Shown piece after piece: positions 10,409 through 18,406 of a stretch of DNA of 31,779 nt. The position numbers were made by a program, and so were the translations under genes. Numbering within the stretch: position 1 is the first letter of the stretch; every line of letters begins with the position of its first letter. Where the stretch lies: assembly GCA_028697435.1 (NCBI GenBank), contig JAQVFD010000001.1, positions 1 through 31,779 of the forward strand. Reading direction: 5' to 3'. The notes beneath the pieces are model-generated. The model saw only the letters and a list, made by a program, of their open reading frames with translations, had not been told where the DNA came from and did not search any database. Origin of the DNA: Clostridiaceae bacterium (lineage in GTDB: Bacteria; Bacillota; Clostridia; Lutisporales; Lutisporaceae).

Positions 10409-10672
10409 ATGAGTCGTAGGCACTCATCAGCATATAACGCAGTGCCGCCTGCAACTTGACAGCCGGCACCTTTACCGGTGGCTTCACCGGCACGCAGTCT
10501 GTTTTCAATGCCTTTTTCGTTACCTGCAATGCCGGCAGGAGAATTGTTGGGAGGAATCAGTAATGCCACAAGAGGATTCATTTCAAATGGAAACTGGTGG
10601 GTATTACTGCTTATAATTTTTTTATTCTTTCCTAAAGTCAGTGGCAGGATGTTTGGAGGATTGCTTAGATAA
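10409..10672 (+). pseudogene. Small Pro/Ala-rich protein with C-terminal hydrophobic helix, interrupted by an in-frame TGA at codon 17
   Basis: GGAGG SD (10397-10401) 7 nt before ATG 10409; same frame as ORF-track ORF 10478-10672; TGA at 10457-10459. Confidence 0.55.
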
Positions 10673-10687
10673 TGGGATAATCAGCTA

Positions 10688-10716
10688 TTGACTAAGTGTG
10701 AAATTTTTTATATAAT
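10688..10716 (+). promoter_or_regulatory. Sigma-A promoter of tRNA-Trp
   Basis: TTGACT-17-TATAAT. Confidence 0.85.
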
Positions 10717-10729
10717 AAATAAGTGTCGC

Positions 10730-10805
10730 AGGGGTATAGCTCAACTGGTAGAGTAGCGGTCTCCAAAACCGTTGGTTGAGGGTTCAAGTCCTTCTGCCCC
10801 TGCCA
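10730..10805 (+). tRNA. tRNA-Trp (anticodon CCA), 76 nt, encoded 3' CCA
   Basis: Acceptor AGGGGTA/TGCCCCT, D arm GCTC..GAGT, anticodon arm GCGGT-CTCCAAA-ACCGT, T loop GGTTCAAGTCC. Confidence 0.98.
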
Positions 10806-10818
10806 AATATGATTTTAC

Positions 10819-10850
10819 AGTCGCAATGATTTGCGGCTTTTTTTATTTTT
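10819..10850 (+). terminator. Terminator after tRNA-Trp
   Basis: AGTCGCAA-tgat-TTGCGGCT followed by a long T run. Confidence 0.75.
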
Positions 10851-10918
10851 GTTCATATTAGTATTTCACATTTCCATAGTCCTCATGTTATTAAGAATTT
10901 GGTGTTCTAATTATATAA

Positions 10919-10934
10919 TTGTATTTTTATACAA
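10919..10934. promoter_or_regulatory. Candidate operator of the PucR-family regulator
   Basis: TTGTAT-N4-ATACAA inverted repeat; further half-sites ATACAA at 10967 and TTGTAT at 10986. Confidence 0.45.
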
Positions 10935-11057
10935 ATATTAGTATTATTTTTGAACCTTATGAACGAATACAAAATATTCAGATAATTGTATAACAAAATT
11001 ACATTACCGGTAATGTATCCTATTCATTTAATAAAAAATGTAAGGGGGTACTTTGTA

Positions 11058-12164
11058 ATGGCAAGAAGAGATATGAATGAATCTCAAATAATTGATGTGA
11101 TCTGGGGGGCGACACTTCTTGGCGGAGGCGGCGGAGGTTCACTTAAAAATGGTATGGACCTGTTAAACAAATATAAAGAGGATCATCCTGGTAAAATAAA
11201 TCTGAATCTTTTGGAGTGTTCGGATCTGGATCCCTTTAATTATGCTGCAGTTACTGCAGGTATGGGTGCACCGAAGGCAATCAAGGATGTTGATTTTTCC
11301 GCTTATGCCACCAACGCTTATAATGCCTTGAGTGATCTTGCAATGAAATTGGATCCTCCGCGAAGGCTTAAATATTCAATCGCAGTTGAAATGGGGGGGT
11401 TCAATACCTTTGTACCTATGCTAATTTCTTTGGTTAACGACATACCGTTTATTGATGCGGATGGTGCAGGACGTGCGGTACCTGCACTGAACACACTGCT
11501 TCTGCACATTAACGGTTTGGACACTTCACCTCTTGCTATGGCAGACGGGAAAAACAACAGAGTAACTATCGAGATGGCAAATACAAAGGATGCGGAACTG
11601 GCCGAAGAAATAGGCCGGCATATCTGCATGGCTTTCAGTATGATGAGCGGTCTTTCGGGCTGGATGGTACGCAGGGATGAAATTGAGAAGTATCTACCAT
11701 GCGGAACTGTTACATTAGCAGAAAAGATAGGTAAAGTACTTCGTGCAGCCAACACGAAAGATAAATTTGCAGAATTGAAGAGAATCGGCGTAGCGTGTCA
11801 TCCGTTCTGCGAGGGTGAAGTAACCAAAGTAGAGACGATAACCGAAAAGGGATTTGACTATGGAAAAGTGTATATCAAGGATAAGGCAGGTTCTCAATGG
11901 ATTATCTTCTTCCAAAATGAAAACCTGTTGGTTACCAGAAATGACCTGCCAATAATGACTGTGCCGGATATTATCTGTACCTATCAACCTGAGTCAGGTC
12001 TTCCTTTAACGAATGCTGATATTGAAGAAAAAATGCCAATTGCCCTTGGTGCGATAAAAGTTGATAAGAAATGGGAAATGTATCCTGAAAAGATGTTTGA
12101 TATGTGGAGACCTTTCCTGAAGAGAGTTGGATATGAAAAGGAACGTATACCTTATAAAGAATAA
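11058..12164 (+). CDS. DUF917-family protein
   Basis: GATLLGGGGGGS, EMGGFNT, IDADGAGRAVP, MTVPDIIC motifs recognised as DUF917; ATG 11058 behind AAGGGGG SD. Confidence 0.8.
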   Translation: MARRDMNESQIIDVIWGATLLGGGGGGSLKNGMDLLNKYKEDHPGKINLNLLECSDLDPFNYAAVTAGMGAPKAIKDVDFSAYATNAYNALSDLAMKLDPPRRLKYSIAVEMGGFNTFVPMLISLVNDIPFIDADGAGRAVPALNTLLLHINGLDTSPLAMADGKNNRVTIEMANTKDAELAEEIGRHICMAFSMMSGLSGWMVRRDEIEKYLPCGTVTLAEKIGKVLRAANTKDKFAELKRIGVACHPFCEGEVTKVETITEKGFDYGKVYIKDKAGSQWIIFFQNENLLVTRNDLPIMTVPDIICTYQPESGLPLTNADIEEKMPIALGAIKVDKKWEMYPEKMFDMWRPFLKRVGYEKERIPYKE

Positions 12165-12178
12165 GGCAATGCTGCTGA

Positions 12179-12213
12179 GGAGCCGCCCGAAGTAAATCTG
12201 CTAAGGCGGCTTC
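12179..12213 (+). other. Intercistronic GC hairpin without a T tract (possible mRNA stabiliser/processing site)
   Basis: GGAGCCGCC-N17-GGCGGCTTC. Confidence 0.45.
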
Positions 12214-12263
12214 TTGCTACAGATGTATGATAGGTTTCTATTAAATTTTGGGAGGTAATAAAA

Positions 12264-13589
12264 ATGGAGAGTGCTAAGTCAAGCAATATTGAGCGTAAAG
12301 CTTTAAGCCAAATTACGGAAAGCGAAAGACAAAACTGGACCAGTATTGCATTTATATGGATAGGTACTATGATATGTATTCCGATGCTGATGGTAGGAGG
12401 TATATTTTCTGCATCAATGACCCTTGCTAATACTACCCTTGCTGCATTTATAGGATTTGCAATTTGCTCCTTGATAATGGTGCTTACCGGTATTCAAGGT
12501 ACTGATCTTGGGCTTCCTTGCACCATGTGCGCAACAAAAGCTTTCGGCGATCGGGGCTCATCCTTCTTAATGAGCGTAGTAATATTAATTGCACAGTTAG
12601 GATGGTTCGGAGTACAAACTGCCACCTGTGCTGCTGCCTTTAACACCCTGTTGATGTATTGGAGCATTCCTTTTCCCTTCTGGCTTTCTTGCGTTATCTG
12701 GGGCGGAGTCATGTTGTTTACAGCTGTGTATGGTTTTAAATTTATGAAAATACTCAATTATATAGCAGTGCCGGCCTTGGTTGTGCTCTGTTGCTACGGT
12801 GCAATTTATGCTATAAATACCAAAGGATTCAGTAACCTCATAGCTTTTCTACCTGAAACTGCAATGCCTCTAAGCACAGCTGTATCCATAGTTATTGGAC
12901 TGTTTGCAGTAGGAACCGTTATTAATGCGGATTTTTCCCGTTATGCAAAAAGTCGTGTAGATACAGCAAAGGCTACAGTCTTAGGAGTATTACCTGCCGC
13001 AGTATTGATGATATTTATTGGTGCAGTAATGGCTATGGCAGCAGGCAACTATGATATCACTGTCGTATTCGCAAGTCTCGGTATGCCCGTAATAAGCATG
13101 CTTGTACTGATTCTTGCCACATGGACGACAAATACCGGTAATGCATATACGGCAGGATTGGCGGCTATGAAGGTATTTAGCTTCAAAGATGAGCTTCGTC
13201 CGATTGTGACACTTGTTTGCGGTGCCGCCGGTACTATAGTTGCCATAGCCGGACTGGCTGCTGTTCTTCAATCCTTTATAAGCATCCTTAGCAGCCTTGT
13301 TCCTCCTATAGCAGGTATTATGATTGCCGATTACTGGATAATAGGCAAGGGTAATCCCGAAAACTGGTATCCGGTTAAAGGTATCAATTGGATAGGAATA
13401 TTGTCCTGGGCAGCCGGTTCAGTAGTAGCACTTTTCTTCAGCTTTTTCAGCCCTGCACTTGATGGAATATTAACTTGTCTGGTTGCTTATCTGATACTCA
13501 ATTCATTGTTTGGAAAAACATCCTTAGCCGGGGGTGGCAGGATAGACGTAGGTGAAATGATAAATCTTATAAAGGAGGAAGCAATATGA
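12264..13589 (+). CDS. NCS1-family (cytosine/CodB-like) nucleobase or hydantoin permease
   Basis: About 12 hydrophobic segments; FG.RGS, GWFGVQ, DFSRYA, WTTNTGNAY, PPIAGIMIADYW motifs. Confidence 0.88.
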   Translation: MESAKSSNIERKALSQITESERQNWTSIAFIWIGTMICIPMLMVGGIFSASMTLANTTLAAFIGFAICSLIMVLTGIQGTDLGLPCTMCATKAFGDRGSSFLMSVVILIAQLGWFGVQTATCAAAFNTLLMYWSIPFPFWLSCVIWGGVMLFTAVYGFKFMKILNYIAVPALVVLCCYGAIYAINTKGFSNLIAFLPETAMPLSTAVSIVIGLFAVGTVINADFSRYAKSRVDTAKATVLGVLPAAVLMIFIGAVMAMAAGNYDITVVFASLGMPVISMLVLILATWTTNTGNAYTAGLAAMKVFSFKDELRPIVTLVCGAAGTIVAIAGLAAVLQSFISILSSLVPPIAGIMIADYWIIGKGNPENWYPVKGINWIGILSWAAGSVVALFFSFFSPALDGILTCLVAYLILNSLFGKTSLAGGGRIDVGEMINLIKEEAI

Positions 13590-14542
13590 ATATCAACCGT
13601 AAAATTGTAGAAGCAGCAAAGAAGCTTATTATTGACTGCTTAGGTACAAAGAAGGATGAACAATTGCTGATTGTAGGTGATGAAAAGACCTCCGAACTGG
13701 CATATGGTTTTGCCGTTGCAGGCAGAGAGTGTGGAATATCTACAACTTATGTAGAGGCTCCTTCCCAGGCAAAGGGAGAGCCTCCGGCAACAGTTGGCGC
13801 CGCAATGTCAGAAGCAAATGTAGAATTTCTTCTTACCTCCATGAGTTATTCACATGTAAATGCCCGCATTGCTGCTACAAATAAGGGAGCCCGTATTGCG
13901 TCAATGCCTATGATGAACACAGATATTGCAGAGAATTATCTGAATGCAGATTATCCTCTTATCAAAAAAGTAAGTGAACAACTTGCCGATATGCTCACAA
14001 CAGCCAAGGTTGTAAGGGTCGTAACCGACAAGGGCACTGATGTGACTCTATATATAGAAGGACGATCTTGTCATGCTGACACAGGTGATTTGACAGAAAC
14101 CGGTGCTTTAGGTAATTTGCCTGCCGGAGAGGCATACATTGCGCCTTTGGAAAATGTGGGAGAGGGCAAAATTATAGTAGATGGCTGCATTGCTTATTTA
14201 GGTCCTGTAGAGGATGATGTAATACTCACCCTTAGTGATGGTCGTATTACTGCTATAGAAGGCAATAAAAGCGCTTCTGACTTGAAGAAATTTCTGGAGG
14301 ATAAGGATGAAGAAGCATGGGGTATTGCCGAGTTTGGTATCGGGACCAATCCCGGAGCAAAAATCATAGGTCACCCATTAGTTGATGAAAAGGTATGGGG
14401 TACTATACACATAGCTTTTGGAATGAATGCCTCAATGGGCGGCACTCGCCAGTCGAATATCCACTATGATTGTATTATCAATTCTCCAACTGTATGGATT
14501 GACGGACAATTGGTTCTCGATCACGGAAATCATGTTTATTAA
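13586..14542 (+). CDS. M29/COG2309-like metalloenzyme (aminopeptidase AmpS/PepS-related fold)
   Basis: GNLPAGEAYIAP, AEFGIGTNP, DEKVWGTIHIAFG, SNIHYD; ATGA overlap with the permease. Confidence 0.8.
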   Translation: MNINRKIVEAAKKLIIDCLGTKKDEQLLIVGDEKTSELAYGFAVAGRECGISTTYVEAPSQAKGEPPATVGAAMSEANVEFLLTSMSYSHVNARIAATNKGARIASMPMMNTDIAENYLNADYPLIKKVSEQLADMLTTAKVVRVVTDKGTDVTLYIEGRSCHADTGDLTETGALGNLPAGEAYIAPLENVGEGKIIVDGCIAYLGPVEDDVILTLSDGRITAIEGNKSASDLKKFLEDKDEEAWGIAEFGIGTNPGAKIIGHPLVDEKVWGTIHIAFGMNASMGGTRQSNIHYDCIINSPTVWIDGQLVLDHGNHVY

Positions 14543-14560
14543 ACAGGATTGTCAATTCAT

Positions 14561-14591
14561 AACCGGTTTCAGCATTTGAAGCCGGTTTTTG
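14561..14591 (+). terminator. Rho-independent terminator
   Basis: AACCGGTTTCA-gcatt-TGAAGCCGGTT plus TTT. Confidence 0.8.
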
Positions 14592-14682
14592 TCTTCCATA
14601 ATGTTCTATTAATAGTAAACTATTGTATTTCTGCATTACTATCATATATAATAATATAAAATATATTTTGGGAGGTGATATT

Positions 14683-16302
14683 TTGAGCATTATGGTTTCT
14701 GATTGTCTGAATCTCTCCGCATTACGAGAGGCAAAGGTTGTTGCCGGTCATAGGGGGCTCAATAAAATAGTGTCTTCCGTTTCAGTGCTGGAATATGCAG
14801 ATATCTCTCTTCTTGTAGACGGGTTGTTCTTAGGAAATGAACTCATCATCTCGGCCTTGGTTTCCATTAAGGATGATGTGGAAGCTCAGTGCCGGCTTAT
14901 ACACCGCTTGCATGAAGTGGGTGAAGTTGGACTTATATTGTATTATACGGGAATATTCGTGCTATGCTTAGACAGGCGGCTTATTCAGACAGCAGATGAG
15001 TTGGATTTTCCCTTGATTTGTATGCCGGAGAATCGTTTTGATTTCCGGTATAGTGAAGCAATCAGCGAAATATTGGGATTAGTTATCAAAGACCAGATGA
15101 AGGAAACATATTTTGTAACCGGTATAATAGACCGCATCACACAACTGCAAGAGAAACAGCAAACTATCGGTGCTGTGATGCGTATGCTAAGTGACCGCTT
15201 GCACTGTACACTATTGCTTGCAAACCATAATATGGAGCAGAGAGGTTTTGCAGCATGGCCAATGGCATCCCGGTGGGCTTATAAGGAAATATTGGATGAA
15301 TACCTGCAGAATCAGCAATTACCGCCACTGGAGAGTTCTGTCTGTATAAAAATAAATGATATTACATTATATATAAATCATATTTCAATCACATTTGAGA
15401 CTGAACCAATTATGTATTTAATAGCTGTAAATGAGTATCATCCGCTTCTCGTGTACCACTTAAAGCAGGCAGCTGAAGTAATTCAGATATTCATAAATAA
15501 TTGGCAGTATGATTTTGGGATTGCAGATTCTTACGCGTTAATGCAAGCCATATTGGAGGATGATCCTCCACGAATGCGACAAGTTGCAAAATCTCTTAAT
15601 ATTGATGTTTCATCAATCCATACTATGTGGGCTCTTAAAGAAGTCGGCACTAAGGGAAGTGCCTCAAATGAACTTCAACAGAAGCAAAACCTACGAATAA
15701 AGCGTACAATGATAACTAAGTCATTTTTGCAGGAACACCGGAAGTTGGTACTGGTTGACACGGTAAATGACTCGGTGATAGCTTTTATGAATGACAGCCC
15801 ATTTCATGATGGGGATGACGGATTAGAAAAAACATTCATGGAAGTACTCAGATACAAGGATCAGGATTCATTACTTGTGGTATGTACAAATCTAATGACC
15901 ACATCTGACGTAAGAAATGCTTATACACTTTTGCAGACTTGCCTGGATACTTGTCATAGAATTTACCCTTATAAGAGGATAATATATCTGCATGAACTGC
16001 AGTTTGCAGAACAATGTATGTCCATATTGGAACAAGGTGAAGCCTTAACTGAAAACTATCTTGTACCTCTCAAACCTCTTCAGTCTCAAGAGGACAGTAA
16101 TGAGCTTATAGATACACTGTCTGCCTTCCTTTTGGATGCGCAGTGTAACATGCAGCAGACAGGTGAACGGTTGTTTTTACATAAAAACACAGTTAAATAC
16201 CGAATCAACAAAATAAAACAGCGTATAGGCTATGATATATCAAAAATGCCGGGAGCTTATAAGCTGTATCTTGCTGTGGCCCTTTACAGGCTTATTAATT
16301 AA
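14683..16302 (+). CDS. PucR-family transcriptional regulator
   Basis: N-terminal PucR-like sensor (VVAGHRGLNKIVSSVSVLE, GNELII, ADELDFPLI) and C-terminal HTH (LFLHKNTVKYRINKI); TTG 14683 behind GGAGGTG. Confidence 0.9.
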   Translation: MSIMVSDCLNLSALREAKVVAGHRGLNKIVSSVSVLEYADISLLVDGLFLGNELIISALVSIKDDVEAQCRLIHRLHEVGEVGLILYYTGIFVLCLDRRLIQTADELDFPLICMPENRFDFRYSEAISEILGLVIKDQMKETYFVTGIIDRITQLQEKQQTIGAVMRMLSDRLHCTLLLANHNMEQRGFAAWPMASRWAYKEILDEYLQNQQLPPLESSVCIKINDITLYINHISITFETEPIMYLIAVNEYHPLLVYHLKQAAEVIQIFINNWQYDFGIADSYALMQAILEDDPPRMRQVAKSLNIDVSSIHTMWALKEVGTKGSASNELQQKQNLRIKRTMITKSFLQEHRKLVLVDTVNDSVIAFMNDSPFHDGDDGLEKTFMEVLRYKDQDSLLVVCTNLMTTSDVRNAYTLLQTCLDTCHRIYPYKRIIYLHELQFAEQCMSILEQGEALTENYLVPLKPLQSQEDSNELIDTLSAFLLDAQCNMQQTGERLFLHKNTVKYRINKIKQRIGYDISKMPGAYKLYLAVALYRLIN

Positions 16303-16314
16303 CTTAATTTCGGA

Positions 16315-17106
16315 TTAATAGAAACTCTTTTGTGTTACTCCCCATTTTCTTAAAGTTTCATCATTGCCTATCCAGACAGGTATTCCGACAGACACAATAT
16401 TATAAAGACTTAAGACATCTGAATTTATCATACGGATACAACCTTTTGAGATTTGCCGTCCGATAGAATACGGACTGTTATTCCCATGAATGCCGTACAA
16501 ATTGCCTTTTCCAACAGAAAGGCCTATCCATCTTATGCCGAGGGGGTTCTTCGGAGATCCGCCTGCTACCGGTTTTTTGCCATCAACTGGGGACCATATA
16601 GGATTTTTTCTCTTCAGACGCACATGAAATTTCCCCTGAGGCGTCTTATTTGTGGTTTTTCCTATTGCTATAGGATACTTTCTTATGACATTCTTTCCTC
16701 TATAGAGAGTTAGTATTCTTCTTGTACGGTTAATAGTAATCCAATACCCTTTGGAGGCAGGTCTGGCAATAATGTCCGGGGACCTGAACTTATTGTTTAG
16801 AGAAAGCCTCTTTATCATGGCAGATTTGAATTGAGGGCCTTGGATACCGTCCGCGGCAAGGTTGCAGTCACTTTGAAACCTAAGAGTTGCATTTCTAAGA
16901 TTAATATTTTCATCTTGATAATCATTTTTGTAGTAACCCATAGATCTCAACGCTTCTACATAATTAGTGCTGTTCAACTCGGAGAAGGTTTCTTCCTCCG
17001 GACAATCCATAAGTTCTCTTATAAGTGCGCCATCAGGTTCTGCGATAACATTAATGTAAAATACAAAAAATAATAGCAAAATAGCAGCGAGTAATCTTTT
17101 GCACAT
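16315..17106 (-). CDS. Secreted L,D-transpeptidase (YkuD family) with N-terminal peptidoglycan-binding-like domain
   Basis: Signal peptide; FQSDCNLAADGIQG (PG-binding-like); YPIAIGK, TPQGKF, YGIHGNN...SKGCIRM catalytic His/Cys motif. Confidence 0.88.
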   Translation of the reverse strand: MCKRLLAAILLLFFVFYINVIAEPDGALIRELMDCPEEETFSELNSTNYVEALRSMGYYKNDYQDENINLRNATLRFQSDCNLAADGIQGPQFKSAMIKRLSLNNKFRSPDIIARPASKGYWITINRTRRILTLYRGKNVIRKYPIAIGKTTNKTPQGKFHVRLKRKNPIWSPVDGKKPVAGGSPKNPLGIRWIGLSVGKGNLYGIHGNNSPYSIGRQISKGCIRMINSDVLSLYNIVSVGIPVWIGNDETLRKWGVTQKSFY

Positions 17107-17135
17107 ATACTACCTCCTTGATACTAAAAAATGTT

Positions 17136-17165
17136 AAAAGTAAAGGAGAGTGGAATACTCTCCTT
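17136..17165 (-). terminator. Terminator of the SASP gene
   Basis: AAGGAGAGT-N5-ACTCTCCTT stem followed on the minus strand by T-rich sequence. Confidence 0.75.
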
Positions 17166-17174
17166 CTGTAAGTA

Positions 17175-17390
17175 TTAGAATCTTGTTCCGGTTGTTCCTG
17201 CCATATTCCTCTCAGCTGTTTCAATTAGCCGCCTTACCATCTGTCCGCCTATTTTACCTGCATCCTTAGCCGCTATGTCTCCATTATAGCCTTCCTTTAA
17301 AGTGACACCAACTTCGGTTGCTATTTCATATTTAAATCTTTCAAGTGCCGCTGCTGCATGAGGTACTACTTTTTGATTGTTCCTTGCCAT
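17175..17390 (-). CDS. Alpha/beta-type small acid-soluble spore protein
   Basis: FKYEIATEVGV, AGKIGGQMVRRLIETAE; ATG 17390 behind GAGGAGGTG. Confidence 0.95.
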   Translation of the reverse strand: MARNNQKVVPHAAAALERFKYEIATEVGVTLKEGYNGDIAAKDAGKIGGQMVRRLIETAERNMAGTTGTRF

Positions 17391-17446
17391 TCTATTCACC
17401 TCCTCGAACAATATGTATAATGAGCAAATAATGATTTACGCATTAT

Positions 17447-17476
17447 TATTTTGGTTAAGCTTCAATATTTATATCC
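17447..17476 (-). promoter_or_regulatory. Candidate forespore (sigma-G/F type) promoter of the SASP gene
   Basis: Minus strand GGATA-N18-CAAAATA; alpha/beta SASPs are sigma-G dependent in studied spore formers. Confidence 0.55.
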
Positions 17477-17612
17477 AAGTAAATATTGCCTAATTTGCCG
17501 CATTAAGTTATTGATTAATATACCTGAAAATCCATCACAAAATAAACAGTAATAATGTAAATAATAATAGTGTCATCATAAATGACAAATCAAAAAGAAG
17601 GGAGATTGTTTA

Positions 17613-18281
17613 ATGAGAAGTGAAAAATTTTTATTAAGAGCACTTTGCGCAAGCTTGGCCGTTTGTTTGATATTTTCTGCCGGTATTTTGACTTTTGCTG
17701 ATGCTAAAGCTGCACCAGCTCCGGCTTTAGAAAAAACAGTTAAACACAAGCAGTTCCTGGAGGAAGCTGTACAGAGACTAGTGGAGGAAGGTAGCTTAAC
17801 AAAGGAAAAGGCAGATAAAATAATTGAATATAAACAAAAAAGAAAAGAAGAGCAAAAAAATCAGCACTCAGAACATAGAGATCATTTAATTGATAAGGGC
17901 AAAAGAGGAAGCCTGATTAAGGAACTGATACAGGAAGCCATAATAACAGAAGAGGAAGCAAACGCTATCAGAGAAAAATTGCGGGAAATGAAGGAAGAAA
18001 GATTTGCCGACGGACTGCAAGGGCTTATTGATAAAGGTGTTCTTACAGCAAAGGATATTGACAATATCAGAAGTTATATGCTGAAAACCAGGGAAGAGCG
18101 CAAAGCAACAATCGAAAAATTAAAATCTATGAATCCTGAAGAAAGAAAAGCATATTTTAAGGAGTATCGGAAAGGGCAAAAAGATATTCTGATAAAAATG
18201 GTAGAAGATAAGGTAATTACTAAGGATCAGGCAGAAGAAATAAGAAAGGCATTACCTGAAATGAATAGATTAAGACACTAG
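17613..18281 (+). CDS. Secreted, highly charged helical protein with four LxxxGxxTxxxAxxI-like repeats
   Basis: Signal peptide; repeats LVEEGSLTKEKADKI, LIQEAIITEEEANAI, LIDKGVLTAKDIDNI, MVEDKVITKDQAEEI; GGGAG SD. Confidence 0.8.
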   Translation: MRSEKFLLRALCASLAVCLIFSAGILTFADAKAAPAPALEKTVKHKQFLEEAVQRLVEEGSLTKEKADKIIEYKQKRKEEQKNQHSEHRDHLIDKGKRGSLIKELIQEAIITEEEANAIREKLREMKEERFADGLQGLIDKGVLTAKDIDNIRSYMLKTREERKATIEKLKSMNPEERKAYFKEYRKGQKDILIKMVEDKVITKDQAEEIRKALPEMNRLRH

Positions 18282-18381
18282 TGTCTAGTCACGAGATAGG
18301 AGATGCGAGATACGAGATAATCAGGGTGTTCCTACAGAGCCCTGCCTTAATTCTCGAGTCTCGTGTCTAGAGTCTCGTGTC
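18273..18381. repeat. Composite palindrome built from inverted arrays of heptamer repeats, between convergent genes
   Basis: AGACACTAGTGTCT palindrome (18273-18286); four NNNGAGA heptamers (18290-18317); four TCTNGNG heptamers (18352-18379). Confidence 0.8.
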
Positions 18382-18406
18382 CGAGAAATGTGGCAGTGTC
18401 ATATTT

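Noticed and set aside
10756-10772. G27-U43 wobble at the top of the tRNA-Trp anticodon stem as a UGA-suppressor feature
   Set aside because: As I recall this pair is common in clostridial tRNA-Trp, and position 24 is G paired with C11, not the Hirsh-type A24; no evidence of special decoding.
10730-16315. tRNA-Trp as integration site for the DUF917 module (genomic island)
   Set aside because: No integrase in the window and I found no repeat of the tRNA 3' end at the far side of the module; adjacency alone is not enough.
18290-18379. CRISPR array
   Set aside because: Units are 7 bp, adjacent and inverted, with no unique spacers and no cas genes.
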